Below are positions 13,386 through 26,602 of a DNA stretch of 64,000 nucleotides, piece by piece. The DNA lies in contig OZ024740.1 of NCBI GenBank assembly GCA_964016885.1, positions 131,316,001 through 131,380,000 on the forward strand, written 5' to 3'. The notes beneath the pieces are model-generated. The model did not search any database. It was not told where the DNA came from and was given only the letters and a program-made list of their open reading frames with translations. Position numbers and translations under genes: made by a program. Position 1 is the first letter of the stretch, and each line of letters opens with the position of its first letter. The stretch is from Eledone cirrhosa (lineage: Eukaryota).

Positions 13386-13867
13386 GACGCTGCTATTGTT
13401 GATTCCAATAGTGCCTGGTATTCGAATATGTTAGTATACAATTTTTTGAATAAAATTAAGGTGCAATTAGAGCTGCCAAACAAATTTTTTTTCGGCTTCG
13501 GCCCATATTATTTTTGGGAAAATTCTATTGGCTCTAATGTGTCTGCCTCTGTTGAAATTATTTGCGACAGTCACCATTTCTTGACTTTCAAGTTTGGTTA
13601 TGCAAACTCATTACCTGTGCTTGAGCTGGCAGATTCGGGTCTTCACTTCAAAAATTTTGACTTTTTTGATCGGATTAAATATTACCTTGATGATGGACAC
13701 AGGGCTACAGTGAAAACAATTGGAATTCTGAATGGATTCAAAACTTTTTCCTTGAACCAAAATTTCGTTTTTAGGTTCAGGGTTCTAAATGTGCAGCAGC
13801 AGACTAATGGAACTGATTGTGGTCTTTTTGCAATTTTATATTCTTTGATATGGGTTCTAAATTCTAA
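13386..13867 (+). pseudogene. Ulp1/SENP-like (C48) cysteine protease fragment inside a Helitron
   Basis: WYSNMLV...HHFLTF...LADS...VQQQTNGTDCGLFAI gives the W..H..D..QxNxxDCG(L/V)F order of C48 proteases; upstream stop/frameshift; cut by the next Helitron start. Confidence 0.6.
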
Positions 13868-14150
13868 TCTCCTTATAATATATAACCAGCAATTTCTCTG
13901 TCTGTCTGTCCGACAGTAGAAACACGTGCGCGCGTGGTTGCTATCTCTCTCTCTCTCCAGCTCTCCCTCTTTTTAATCTGTCTGTTTCTCTCATTATCAC
14001 TCTTTCTCTTTGTAACACACTAACATTCCTCCCCTCTATCGCTGTGACGAATGGGGAGATGGAGGGGGAGGAGGAGGAGAGAGTCACATCGTCACTTCAC
14101 CTCTGCCTTTCTTTCTCTCCCCTATCACTCCCTCATTACGTACAAACATT

Positions 14151-14340
14151 AGGGCGGTGGATTGGCAGAATCTGTAGAGTCGGACACCATGCTTCATAGC
14201 ATGGAGTTACGTCTCTTTACTGTCTGAGTTCAAATACCGCCGAGGTTAACTTCGCATTTCATCCTCACGGGGTCGATACAATAAAGTACCAGTAATGTAC
14301 TGGGTAATTGCTGGCCTTGTGCCAAAATTCGAAACAATTA
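14151..14340 (+). mobile_element. Full-length tRNA-derived SINE
   Basis: AGGGCGGTGGATTGGCAGAATC...GAGTTCAAATACCGCCGAGG...GGCCTTGTGCCAAAA. Confidence 0.88.
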
Positions 14341-14460
14341 TTAGAAACATTGCTTCATTTTTACATATCTAAGCATTAGTAAAATAACTAATAATTTCAA
14401 AAGTAATTTTTAAATTCCAATTGTTATGAACAGCAAAACATTAATAATAATTTTGTTCTA

Positions 14461-14689
14461 AGAAATATATATACATTTCTGTGTGTGTAATATATATATA
14501 TATACACCCACAGAAATATATATACATTTCTGTGTGTGTAATATATATATATATACACACACAGAAATATTTATACATTTCTGTGTGTGTAATATATATA
14601 TATACACACAGAAATATATATACATTTCTGTGTGTGTAATATATATATATATATATACACACAGAAATGTATATATATTTCTGTGTGTG

Positions 14690-14692
<3 letters not shown>
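14461..14692. repeat. Minisatellite, 5 units of ~50 bp, each internally palindromic
   Basis: Unit CACAGAAATATATATACATTTCTGTGTGTGTAA(TA)n. Confidence 0.85.
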
Positions 14693-14754
<62 letters not shown>

Positions 14755-17724
14755 AATATATCGGCATTTCTCTGTTTGTCTGTCTGTCTGTCTGTCTGAC
14801 TCAAATGCAGGTGCTACAGAAATATTACCTTCCCCTTCCTTTCTCCACTTTGGTACTACCAAGAGAAACACTGTCGCTATAGAAACATTACCTTCCCCTC
14901 TCCACTGACTTTGGTCACTGAGGCCGAGGGAATCGATGGTTGCTATAGAGACACCTTGCACAAGCCAGAAGTAACCAGTTCGAGGCGGTTCTGACTTGAC
15001 ACCATGCCAAGTCTACTTATAATATATAATGGGCATTTCTCTGTTTGTTTGTCTGTCTGTCGTCTGTAAAAAATGCCAAGGAAACAAATAGACGCGGTTT
15101 CAAATCTCTATGCTTTTCAAATTCATTACATTAATCTTTATTTATAATTTTGCTTTACGAGTGTTTCGACTGACCAGTGTTTCGGCTTATCATTATATAT
15201 AAACGTTTCTATTTCCATCGTTTTATCCTTAACGTTTATATATTTCCATCGTTATATCATAACGTTTATGTATCATAAGGTTTATATTTCCGTCACTAAT
15301 CTCTTTTTTCTCCTTTTTCATTTTAACATATATTTATTTCAAAGATCTTACCGTATAGATAACATACATATTTATACATGCATAAAAGACACACCGAGTG
15401 TTGGTGAACGTGTGGTGCCGAAAACATTTCTCATCCAAATCTCAACAATATCAGTATATACACTAGATTTGCTAGCAGAAAACCGCCCACCGGGTGGATT
15501 TCTGCTAGTCTATATATATATAAAACTGAGGATGTCTGTCTGTGTGTGTGAGTTCGAATCCCTAAAACTCGAGAACCACCAAGCCGACTGTTTTCAATCT
15601 TTACACATGTAATACTTATGTTTCAGGGAGTGCTCAAAATTGCAATACCCTAGGGACCGCATTGGGCGATTTAGCGATCTCGCTCTGTAAATTTTAGACT
15701 TGCTCTTTTTAGATAGATACATACATATAACGTCGCACCCTTATAATATATGTGTCTATGTCTGACTATCTGCATTACGCCACTTCCTACAATTCGCTCT
15801 GCATCCAGAACGCGCCCTTATAATATCTGTCTGTATGTCTAGATGTCTGCTGCCTCCAGTTATTAGCCACCCTTCCTCAAGACAAATCTCCCACACATTC
15901 CCAAACAGTTGGTAAGTGCACACAACTTCTTCCTCACGTTTCAAGTCACAGTGTTGCTTAGTTACATACCACCAGACCCTTACTACTTTGGCAGCCATGG
16001 TTGTGGCAATACTAAGCTTAGCTAAGGCGGTTATATATTTCACACAACACTAAACATGAAAGCCGATAACTATGTATTAGTCGGTCTCTTCTTCTTATCG
16101 TGGGCAAAGAAAATCCAACATTTAGTGGAGCGAGTGAAATAAAATCGACGCTGCTGCGATTCAAATATCAGATTTGCAGGTTATATATTTCATACATCAC
16201 GAACAATTAAAGCCGATAAACAAAAACATCGTTGTAATAGCTTCAGTTTGCCTACTTACGTGCCTTTACGAGAACAAAAGTGACTATATACCGCTTAGCA
16301 TTGTAGAGAAGCACCAAACCGACTGTTTTCAAACTTTACACATGTAATACTTATCTTTCAGGGAGTGTTGTCACCAAAGAAAATTTCAAATTTTCAATGC
16401 TCTAGGAACCGCATTAGGCGATTTAGTGATCTCGCTCTATAATTCTCAGTCGTTTTTTTTTATATAGATACATACATATAACGTCGTGCCCTTATAATAT
16501 CTGTCTGTATGTCTGTCTGTCTGCATTACGTCACTTCCCTGAGGGTGTCTGTCTCAGTGTGTGTGTGTGTGTCTGTGAGTTTGAATCCCTAAAACTAGAG
16601 AAGTACACAACCGATTTTGTTTAAACTTTACATCTGTATTACTTATGTTTCACGGCGTGTTAGGCACATAAAGAAAATTCAACTTCTTCACGTCCTAGGA
16701 CAGACACGCATTAGGTGAAAAACTGCGTTTTTAAAGATTTTTAGTGTTTTTTTTTTTTAGGCGTTACGTCAGACCGATTTCCTTGAAATTCTAACTATGT
16801 ATTAGTCAGTCTCTTTTTCATGTCGTAAGTAAAGAAAATCCAACTTTCATATGGCCTAGGGCCCGCATTAGGTGAAACACTTCATTTTTTCAGGTTCTTA
16901 CGGCTTTTTTGAGGCATCATGTCTAGCCGATTTTCCCGAAATTTAAAGGCTTATTATGCACATAAAAAAAATTCATTTTCTTGATCCTCCAGGGCCCTCA
17001 TTAGGTGAAAACCTGCATTTTTCCTTCTTCATCGAGGAAAATCTTAAAGATTATCCAGCCATCAGAGTATTCGGTTTAATCTCTTTACATCTTGTCCAGG
17101 CATGCAGTGTTTCCACGATTAGGTCTGTTGGCGGGCCGCGGTCAAAAAATCATTATCCCGTGCAACGCCGGGTACCACTGCTAGTACCAAATGAATTAAA
17201 AATACGGTAAATTAAAATAAAAAGAAATAGAAAAGAAAATAACAAATACAAAGTACATAATAATAATAGGGATTAGGTGATATCTAGTCGTATTTAATGT
17301 GAGGTCGGAGAAGTAAATCTTCGCATAAATAACTGACAAGCATTAAGCTATAAGAGTAAAAGATCAGGTCAGCATTAGATATAGAATGTTAGAATAAAAG
17401 GGGTTGTGCGTACCCTTCAAAGAGTTCATAATGTACGAAGGAGATTTCACTACACCAGATAGGTGTTTGTAGCTTTCCCAGGTGTGGTGTACAGATTAAG
17501 GCAGTTACCAATTATTTCGGGGCTTGACAAGTATTGATGCCATTAAGAATTCGGGCCTCGGCATAATAAAGCGTTCAACATTGAAGTTGGTGCTTCACGC
17601 ACCCACAACAGAATCTTACATGAAATATGATTTAGTTGCGTTACGTTGAGTGCTTTTCCTACTTCGCATCTTATGTAACTATACGGAATGACCAGTTCTA
17701 TCCAGTAGTGAACCACTGACTTCA

Positions 17725-17873
<149 letters not shown>

Positions 17874-18419
17874 ATAATAATAATATATGGATTAGAAAGC
17901 AAGACATGTTAAAACAAGTTTTAATTCTTATACGATATTTCGTCATCAAGTACATTTATATTACAGTCGGTAGATATATGTGTGTATATATATACTGCAG
18001 TAAAGATGTACCTATAAGACTTATCAGTGAAACATTTTTGTCCTTTAAATCTTGATTTAAATTACGTGATCTCTCCTCCAAATATGTTTGATTATATATA
18101 CACATTGACCTTTTACAAACATGGTATTTTCCTGCAACACATATACACTCGAATCACAGAAATATATTATAAAATAAATATATTATAACATAACATCTGA
18201 CTTAACGATAAATTATACATATGGGTATATGTATACATATGGGCACACACACACACACACACACGAACACACACACATATATATATATATTAGTGTGCGC
18301 GCGTGTGTGTGTAAAGAGCCCATTCGATCACGAATTACCATGGGATTTACAGCTAGAAAGTTCCCCTCCGAGGCACAACTCCGGGCAATGTTGTTTGTGG
18401 TGATAGAATAAATCCTTTC

Positions 18420-19790
18420 CGTCTATGATGACCCAACATTAACTGCTTCAATCCTTCACCGGACAATTCTATATCTTCCTCAATGACTCTGTTTAAAGTT
18501 GTGAGAGGTCTTTCGCATTTGCATTTCACATTACTGTGTAACCATTGTTAGCGTTTTGTAGCTGGTTCTTTGACACTCATGTCATGACAGCTGGAGATAG
18601 GGGATACGGACAAGTGGGTAGCGTAGATAATTTTGTAGATATTACCGTTGGTTCGTTTTATTTTGTTGTTTATCCTTTTGGATTAGGTTTTATTACCGAC
18701 CATGATTCACATGAACAAAGTAAGAACGACTCTATATTGCTTTGAATATTCTAACTTTTCGTTTTTTGCGTTTATTTTAGAATTTTAAAACTTATATATC
18801 GAGTTCATAGCAAACCAGGTTTTTGCTATGCTGTTTTTTACATCATTTGTCGAGTGTGTGTAAGTGCCATTGTAATGATCGATTTGTTTCGAGAACAGAA
18901 ACTTCTTAATAATTTGATTTGTGTTTCTTTATCTGGATTTGTGTTTCTTTATCTGGATTGATGGTCATTTATTTGGTGTTGTTGGCATTTAGGATCAATC
19001 CAATACACTCAGTAGACTTTTCTAACTTGCATAAGAGATCATCGACATCCGTTAGTGAATCTGCACATCGGAAAATGTCATAAGTGAATTCCATATCAGC
19101 TATGTAGTGTGATGGATGCATTGTGTTCTACGCTTTAGAAGAGTAAAGCCATCAATATCATCAATAGCTACACGTAAATCATAATCAAGTATGAAGATAT
19201 ATAAACACAGCGTAAATACAGCTGTGACTACGTGAAATAAGCCAATTTCTCTATCTACTGAGATGACCATATCGAGATTGCTTTCGTACATGATCCTGAT
19301 TCCATTAACGTCTTTGAGATAAAAATAGTGGGCAGACAGAACTTCAAACATACCTTCATATGCTATCAAACGATTTCCTAACGTTTGCAAATGTTATTAG
19401 GGTTTCTTTTTAGTGATTTCTTACTTCTTCGATTTGGAAGCAGAGAGCCAAAATATGTGATTATGTAGATCTAGAAGATGTAAATCTGTTTTGGTTTATA
19501 CGCAGGATGTTTTCGAATTCTGTTCAAAACCTGTCTAAGGTACAGCGATAATAGATTTTGGCAGTCACTACTGAAGATCCCTTCTCTTTGGAATAGTTCT
19601 CATTGCGGAAATATCGCATTCTCCTGGTCGGAGTTTGGTAAGACTACCATTACAGTAAGATAGTTTGCAGGTTTTGAGGTCCCCAGAATTCTAAATTCAG
19701 GTAAAATCCCATCTAGGCCCGGTGCCTTATTTTTCACCAGACTGAAAGCAGTCTTAATTTTAACTAGACAGACATTTTCAGATAAGTATT
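18420..19790 (-). mobile_element. Highly decayed RTE-like LINE (RT region)
   Basis: Minus strand KNKAPGLDGILPE (~19700-19740), YIFILDYDLRVAID..GFTLLKRR (19100-19390), EKSTECIGLILNANNTK (~18970-19022). Confidence 0.6.
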
Positions 19791-19932
19791 GTTGTTGAGA
19801 TTGAAGATGTATCCGACACTCTTACACAAGCACACGCACGCAGGCACATACAAACACACACAAGTGCGCGCGCGCACAAGCGCTCGCACACACGCACACA
19901 CAAACTTACACATGTACATATATACACACACA

Positions 19933-20049
<117 letters not shown>

Positions 20050-20182
20050 GTGAGATTTTTTTTACAAAATGAAAAATAACCGAGGTGGCCTACACGAGTG
20101 AAAGTATAAAGAAAAGGAGATGAAATCGAAAATGCAACTGGAGTGTTTTTTTGTTTTTTTAAATATATATATTTATTTGGTT

Positions 20183-20220
20183 CCTTTACCGGTTTCGCAG
20201 TTCTTCTGCTTTTCAAAAGG
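20183..20220 (-). ncRNA. Minimal hammerhead ribozyme, U3-A8 core variant, apparently intact
   Basis: CCUU-UUGAAAA-GCAG AAGAA CUGC-GAAA-CCGG-UA-AAGG; palindromic stem III ACCGGU. Confidence 0.8.
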
Positions 20221-20725
20221 TGAGTTGAGATGGAGGGTCTGTGGTTTTTCTCCCATCTGGTTGGTCTCTGAATGTTACTTGTTTTATATGGAAAAAGTGG
20301 CTCGAAATGCCAGGTTTTTCGAGAAGTAATTTGATTGGTTTGTCGATAATTATAATAAATTTCGCGCCAGTTCGCGTTACAATAGTTCTTCAAATAAGAG
20401 GGGGGGGGTTGTCACAGGGTGTTTTTTTCATATATGAGTGTTTGAATTTCATTTTACTTGAAAAAAGGGGCTCACAAAGGCTTTTTGGGGGTTGGTTATA
20501 AATGAAATTATGGCTGTCACGTGAACAAGTTTTCATTAAATTTTCGTGTCCTTATTTTGAAATCCATTCTGTAGCCTTTTTAGAGAATTGTGTGATAAGT
20601 GAAAGATAATGGTCAAGAGAAAGGGATGGGAGAATTGTTCTGGTTCAGTGAATATGGTTAGTTCGCTGGGGTGTCAGAATTCAGATTTTCTATTGAAGTA
20701 AAGACATGTATGCTTATTTGTGTGC

Positions 20726-20763
<38 letters not shown>

Positions 20764-21277
20764 GTGTGTGTGTGTGTATGTGTGTGTGTGTGTGTGTGTG
20801 TGTTGGAAGATGATTCTATTAGTAGAAATGGGGGAGGGAGGTGCGCGTGTGTGTGTATATGGGGGTTATGTGTGTGTGTGCGAATATGTTAAGATGGAGT
20901 GAATATATATTTTGTGTGTATATATGTGTGTAGGAAAGTGGTTCTATTAGTAGAAATGGGGGAGGGGAGTTGTGGGTGTAGGGGTTGTTATGTGTGTGTA
21001 TGGGTGTTATGTTTGTGGGATTATGGTTAGCATGTCAAGATGAAGAGAATATATATATATATTGTGTGTGTGTGTGTATGTGTGTGTGTAGGAAAATGAT
21101 TCCTTTAGTAGGAATATTTTTGAATGAACATATTTTCCTTACTTATTCGTATTTGGTCTGTTGTATTGTCAGTGCAAACGTATGTTAAGGTTAATTTAGT
21201 TCGGGTTTTTATTTTCTAAAGTAGAAGGTGTTATGTGTGTGTGTGTATGTCATATTATGGTGTTGACATAATGTATA

Positions 21278-21559
21278 TTAAACCATATTTAATGTTGGTC
21301 TATATTTTTGAATAAACATATTTTCATTATTTATTCGTATTTGTTCTGTTATATTGTTAGCGCAAAGGTAAAATGGGAAGACTTGGAATTTGGGTGTCTT
21401 ATTACTTGCGCAAATGTCTAGATATGCACTTAGTGGTGTCTGTCTAGTGGTTGGATCTCGTAATTGTTGGCGATGAACTGTCATTCTGTTTCTGAGTGTG
21501 AGTTTAGTTGTTTGTCCTATATAATCTTCATTGCATCCTTTACATTTAATGGCACACAT
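21278..21559 (-). pseudogene. PLE GIY-YIG endonuclease domain (5'-truncated)
   Basis: AIKCKGCNEDYIGQT..LRNRMTVHRQQ...NENMFIQKYRPTLN. Confidence 0.85.
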
Positions 21560-21981
21560 AACACCTTCTACTTTAGAAAATAAAAACCCGAACTAAATAA
21601 ACCTTAACATACGTTTGCACTGACAATACAACAGAACAAATACGAATAAGTAAGGAAAATATGTTCATTCAAAAATATTCCTACTAAAGGAATCATTTTT
21701 CTACACACACACACACACACAATATATATATATATATTCTCTTCATCTTAACATGCTAACCATGCTCCCACACACATAACACCCATACACACACATAACA
21801 ACCCCACACTAACAACTTCCCTCCCCCGTTTCTACTAATAGAACCACTTTCCTACACACATATATACACACACACAAAATATATATTCCCTCCATCTTAA
21901 CATACTCGCACACACACACATAACACCCATACACACACACACACCTCCCTCCCCCATTTCTACTAATAGAATCATCTTCCA

Positions 21982-22046
<65 letters not shown>

Positions 22047-22640
22047 TAAACATACATAACTTTACTTCAATAGAAAATCTGAACTCTGACACCCCAGCGA
22101 ACTAACCATATTCACTGAACCAGAACAATTCTCCCAATCCCATTTCTCTTGACCACTATCTTTCCATTGTCATAACATTCTCTATAAAGTCTACAGAATA
22201 GATTTCCAAATAAGGGCGTAAAAATGTAATGAAAACTTGTTCACGTGACAGCCAAATTTCATTTATAACCAATCAAATCACGTTTATTATAAAAAAAAGC
22301 CTTCGTGAGCCACCTTTTTTTAATTAAAGAAATTCAAACACGCACACACACAACACACGCACACACACGCACACACACACAAGCACACAAATAAACATAC
22401 ATATCTTTACTTTCTTTATTCAATAGAAAATCTGAATTCTGACACCCAGCAAACTAACCATATTCACTGAAACAGAACAATTCTCCCATCCCTTTCTCTT
22501 GACCATTATCTTTCACTTATCACAACATTCTCTAAAAAGGCTACAGAATGGATTTCCAAATAAGGACACGAAAAATTAATGAAAACTTGTTCACGTGACA
22601 GCCATAATTTCATTTATAACCTACCAAAAAAAAGCCTTCG

Positions 22641-22800
22641 TATATATAGCAGTACATCTTTAATAAACGAAGCCAAATTTTAAATATTTGACTTAATTAC
22701 TTTACTTTACATTACTCCGGCGTAACCAAACGAACCTGCGTACTTCGTCGAGTGCTCCAATCTGCATACTGAGGTGTCGGTAAACAACCAACATATACTT
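22641..22800 (+). mobile_element. PLE tail fragment starting at HHR stem III (same family as 10810-11098)
   Basis: Begins TATATATAGCAGTA; similar to 10943-11098. Confidence 0.65.
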
Positions 22801-22801
22801 A

Positions 22802-22874
<73 letters not shown>

Positions 22875-22899
22875 TGTAATAAACAACATAGGCAATTAT

Positions 22900-22957
22900 T
22901 CCATTTACCAGTGGTTTCTTAAAAGCAAAAGATTATGCTTTCAATCCTCAGAATGAA
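22900..22957 (-). ncRNA. Minimal hammerhead ribozyme with canonical core, apparently intact
   Basis: UUCAUU-CUGAGGA-UUGAAAGCA UAAUCUUU UGCUUUUAA-GAAA-CCACUGG-UA-AAUGGA; all three stems pair. Confidence 0.8.
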
Positions 22958-23051
22958 AAAATCCTGGTCTGTTTATTGAATTTGGATTTAAAAAAAAAAA
23001 AAAAAAAAAAACCTATATATATATATATAGGTAAAACCTATATATATATAT

Positions 23052-23252
23052 AGGTAAAGAGTCAAGACCCAGGCGGCTGAGATCCAGCCGTTTCAACAAC
23101 TAGATCGGAACAGTTCGGATCCAGTTGTCGAATCGGCCGCAGCTCAGCCGTCGGTGGCTTGACTCTTTTCCTCTTACCCAATCTACTATCCTAATTATTT
23201 AGTACTCTGGTGTGTTATGATCTACCTGGTATCTTACCACACCTTTTTTTGT
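23052..23252. mobile_element. Mini fold-back PLE relic (~60-bp arms, 23052-23172) plus unique tail
   Basis: Each arm carries the 3' half of an HHR (consensus GAAA-CGGCUG..CAGCCG-UC); tail CTACT..AGTACTC.GGT..CTTACCACAC resembles 38070-38135. Confidence 0.65.
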
Positions 23253-23929
23253 TATATATATACACCTGTTTTTTTAGATTATATAATTAGATTCCTCATG
23301 CTTTATTTAATAATATATAGAGATTCATGTGGTTTCAAGAAAATCTACACGATAAATAATATTTCTTGGTGTATATGTATGTAAACATGCAATCATGGAA
23401 ACACACCATTAAGCATGAATCCTGCCATTTATTTCAAATACTATGAATTCGTCTGCAGAATAATCATTCAAGCGTGTTCCTTCAGATTAATTTATATTAT
23501 CAAGCATAACATCTGAACTAATATTAGGGAAATTATGTTTCCAATAATTATTTATCAGATATAGATGTCTGGAAAATCATTTTATTGTTTCGCTTCTGGT
23601 AACTTTTAAGCATTCTCCGTTACTTTTGTATTGTTTATAAGGGTAGATCAAGTGCTTAGGCCTTCTTTGAGTATGTACTTAATTGATTATTGTTGTTTCG
23701 TTGTAATGAATCAGATCATTTAACAGACATCCATGTATATTATAACTTTTTTCAAACTACCGAGGAACAGATTTAATATCTAGTCGTAAAAGGTTGGGCA
23801 ACGTTATATCATTTGCAACTGCTTCAATTATTTCAAGTGTTATGTGCATAATCTATCGACGGACCTGATACAATTTATGCAATTCAACTGCATATACATA
23901 TTACATTTAGTCAATAAGATTTAGATAGA

Positions 23930-23968
23930 CTAGCAGAAAAAACACCCCTCGGGTGGTTTTCTGGTAGC
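23930..23968. mobile_element. Isolated Helitron-type 3' palindrome
   Basis: CTAGCAGAAAAACACCCCTCGGGTGGTTTTCTGGTAG, similar to the ends at 12525-12561 and 15472-15508. Confidence 0.45.
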
Positions 23969-25404
23969 ATGTGTAGTGTGCATATTGATATTATACGCAG
24001 GTATATACATCAAATAAAATCGTAATTGACAATACATTGAAATTGAACGAAGACTGCATTAGACTGTCTTATTTAATCAGTAACGTAATCCACGATACAT
24101 TAAAAAAGACGATATTATATATAAACTGCATTAGGAGGAAATTAGTGACAGAAAATTAGTATGTTTATTTAAGCGATGGCCAACCAGAAATGTTGACATA
24201 TCAGAAATTTTAAAGAAGTGAATCTTTAAATAAACAAAATATATTTAATCAACAGCCACGAAATTTACTAAATAAATTATGTAATATTCATTCATTATTT
24301 ATTGAAAGTAATGCAAGTTATTTTATTAATTTGATAAACAATTATAAACCCGCGCTGCCTACTTTATTATAGTTTAGATTTACTACAATTTTTTTAATGA
24401 AGAAATATCAACGAGACACGCAAACTATTATACTTATTCTATCTTCTCGAAATGACGTAACTAGTTCTCTTCTTTTATCTTTGCATACAAATAATCGTAA
24501 CTCAATTGAAGGTTTTCACGTGTTACCGTTATGTCCCGTTCTAATTCAAAAGTAATGCTTACTTGTATGTTTTTCGAAATAGTAATAGCTACGTCCACGG
24601 ATTGATATATTTCAATTGCAGAAGATCCCGTATGAGAATGAAAGCAGGATAAAACATAGATAGTATTTTACCCCAGATCTAAATGCATTAAACAGTGTAA
24701 CAAGCTATGTATTGTGGCAGTGGCCAGGACAATAGCTAAAGCATACCATACATTAATCAATAAGCATTTTTCTTGAATGCATGAATATAACAAGATATTA
24801 AATAGAAACAAAGTTAAACTATCCTATTACACAGCTCAAAATCTCACACATGAACGCTGTATATAACGGAGCCAAATAATCTAAAAGAACAATAGATAGT
24901 CACGAATTTAGTTCTAAGTGTAATTGCGATAAAGGGGACAACGTCCATTCAGTGGGGAAATGCCTTTCACGTAATATAATTTATAGATGTAAGGTCAATG
25001 CAACCACACCTAGCTAAGCTTACATATGATATTACCAATAGATATTGTTTCAAGCAACGATCAAAAATGTATTCTCATTTATTTAGTAATCTTTTAAGAA
25101 GGTAAATGGCTTCATTGTGTATCTATATCATGAGATAAAAAGATAAAAAACATCCTGTATATGTTACAATGGGATATTTGTCCTGCTGTAGATTTACATT
25201 CTCATTAGGTTGGTGCTTATTTCAAGTTCCTACGTTTCTAATAAGGACGATTGTCCATCACAGGGTTAAATCACTCAGATAGAGCTAGCGAATATTTTCT
25301 GAAGAATGTACTGGTTAGCGTAAAATGATATATTTTGCTACAGTGTGTTTTTCTACACACAATCTGTGCACTAAATCATATTATTTCAGATACATATATA
25401 TTTG

Positions 25405-25568
<164 letters not shown>

Positions 25569-26502
25569 GTGTGTGCGCGCGCGTGTGTGTAGGGATGTGT
25601 GTGTGTGAGCGTGTGCGTGTATGTGTATTAATGTGTGTATATATATAAATATATGTATACATATAAAGACGAAATGTTCTGTATACGTGTTTCTGTGTGT
25701 GGACAATTTTTAATAAGGGCTCACATATTCTAAACCATTTATGCGATTTCTTTGAAATTTTTTACAGAGCTTCTCCTTGCACAAAACCTGTACATGATCG
25801 ACAAAGCCTTTCAAAAATCGATATTGGGGCCTTTGGAGACATTATCAAATTTCGGATATTTGTGTCAATTTTCGTGATTTACTAAGACATGAGTTATCTT
25901 TAAGTAAGACAATAATTATCTTTCGTAATTCGGCTCATTCGGATTTTAATTCACTCTTTCTACTTGAAACAAAAGGTACGCTTCCTTGAGACTAACAATA
26001 TCATTTTGTATATTTCACAACCAGCAATTTCTAACAGATTACTAAGTTAAGTTATAGATTTGCAATTGTATAATTTATCGTTTCAAGCTTGATGTTCATA
26101 CATTAAGTGATGTCATAACTTTTACAATATTATGCTTTGTACATAATTGTGTCTATTATTCACTTCACTTCTCTATTTCATGATGAGCTTTTACTGTTGT
26201 CAAAAAATGTTAAACCTAGACTGGATTTCTGTTGTTACGTGGTATAATGGATGACACCGAGATCACATATTAATTATTTCGCTGGAATAGTGCCTAAGCG
26301 TTTCATGTTTACATAAAGTACGTTTTTCTTCTAGTTATTCAAATTTGCTTTGTTTAGTTTAATGAGCCACATCGAAAGCTACTTGAACCGTCCAAAGGAC
26401 GGGTAGTTCAGCTAGTATATATACATATATGTATATGTGTGAGTGTGTGTGTGTGTGTGAGTGTTTGTTTGTGTGTGTGTGTGTGTGTGTGTGTGCGCGT
26501 GT

Positions 26503-26602
<100 letters not shown>

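Larger units (their letters stand above)
11835..17184 (+). mobile_element. Tandem/nested chain of non-autonomous Helitrons
   Basis: 5' TC(TACT)TATA..TATAA starts at 11835, 12562, 13868, 15012, 15509; 3' hairpin+CTAG ends at 12561, 15508, 17184 (CCCGTGCAACGCCGGG..CTAG); outer flanks A|...|T; large internal duplications (e.g. 12030-12350 / 12940-13265). Confidence 0.8.
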
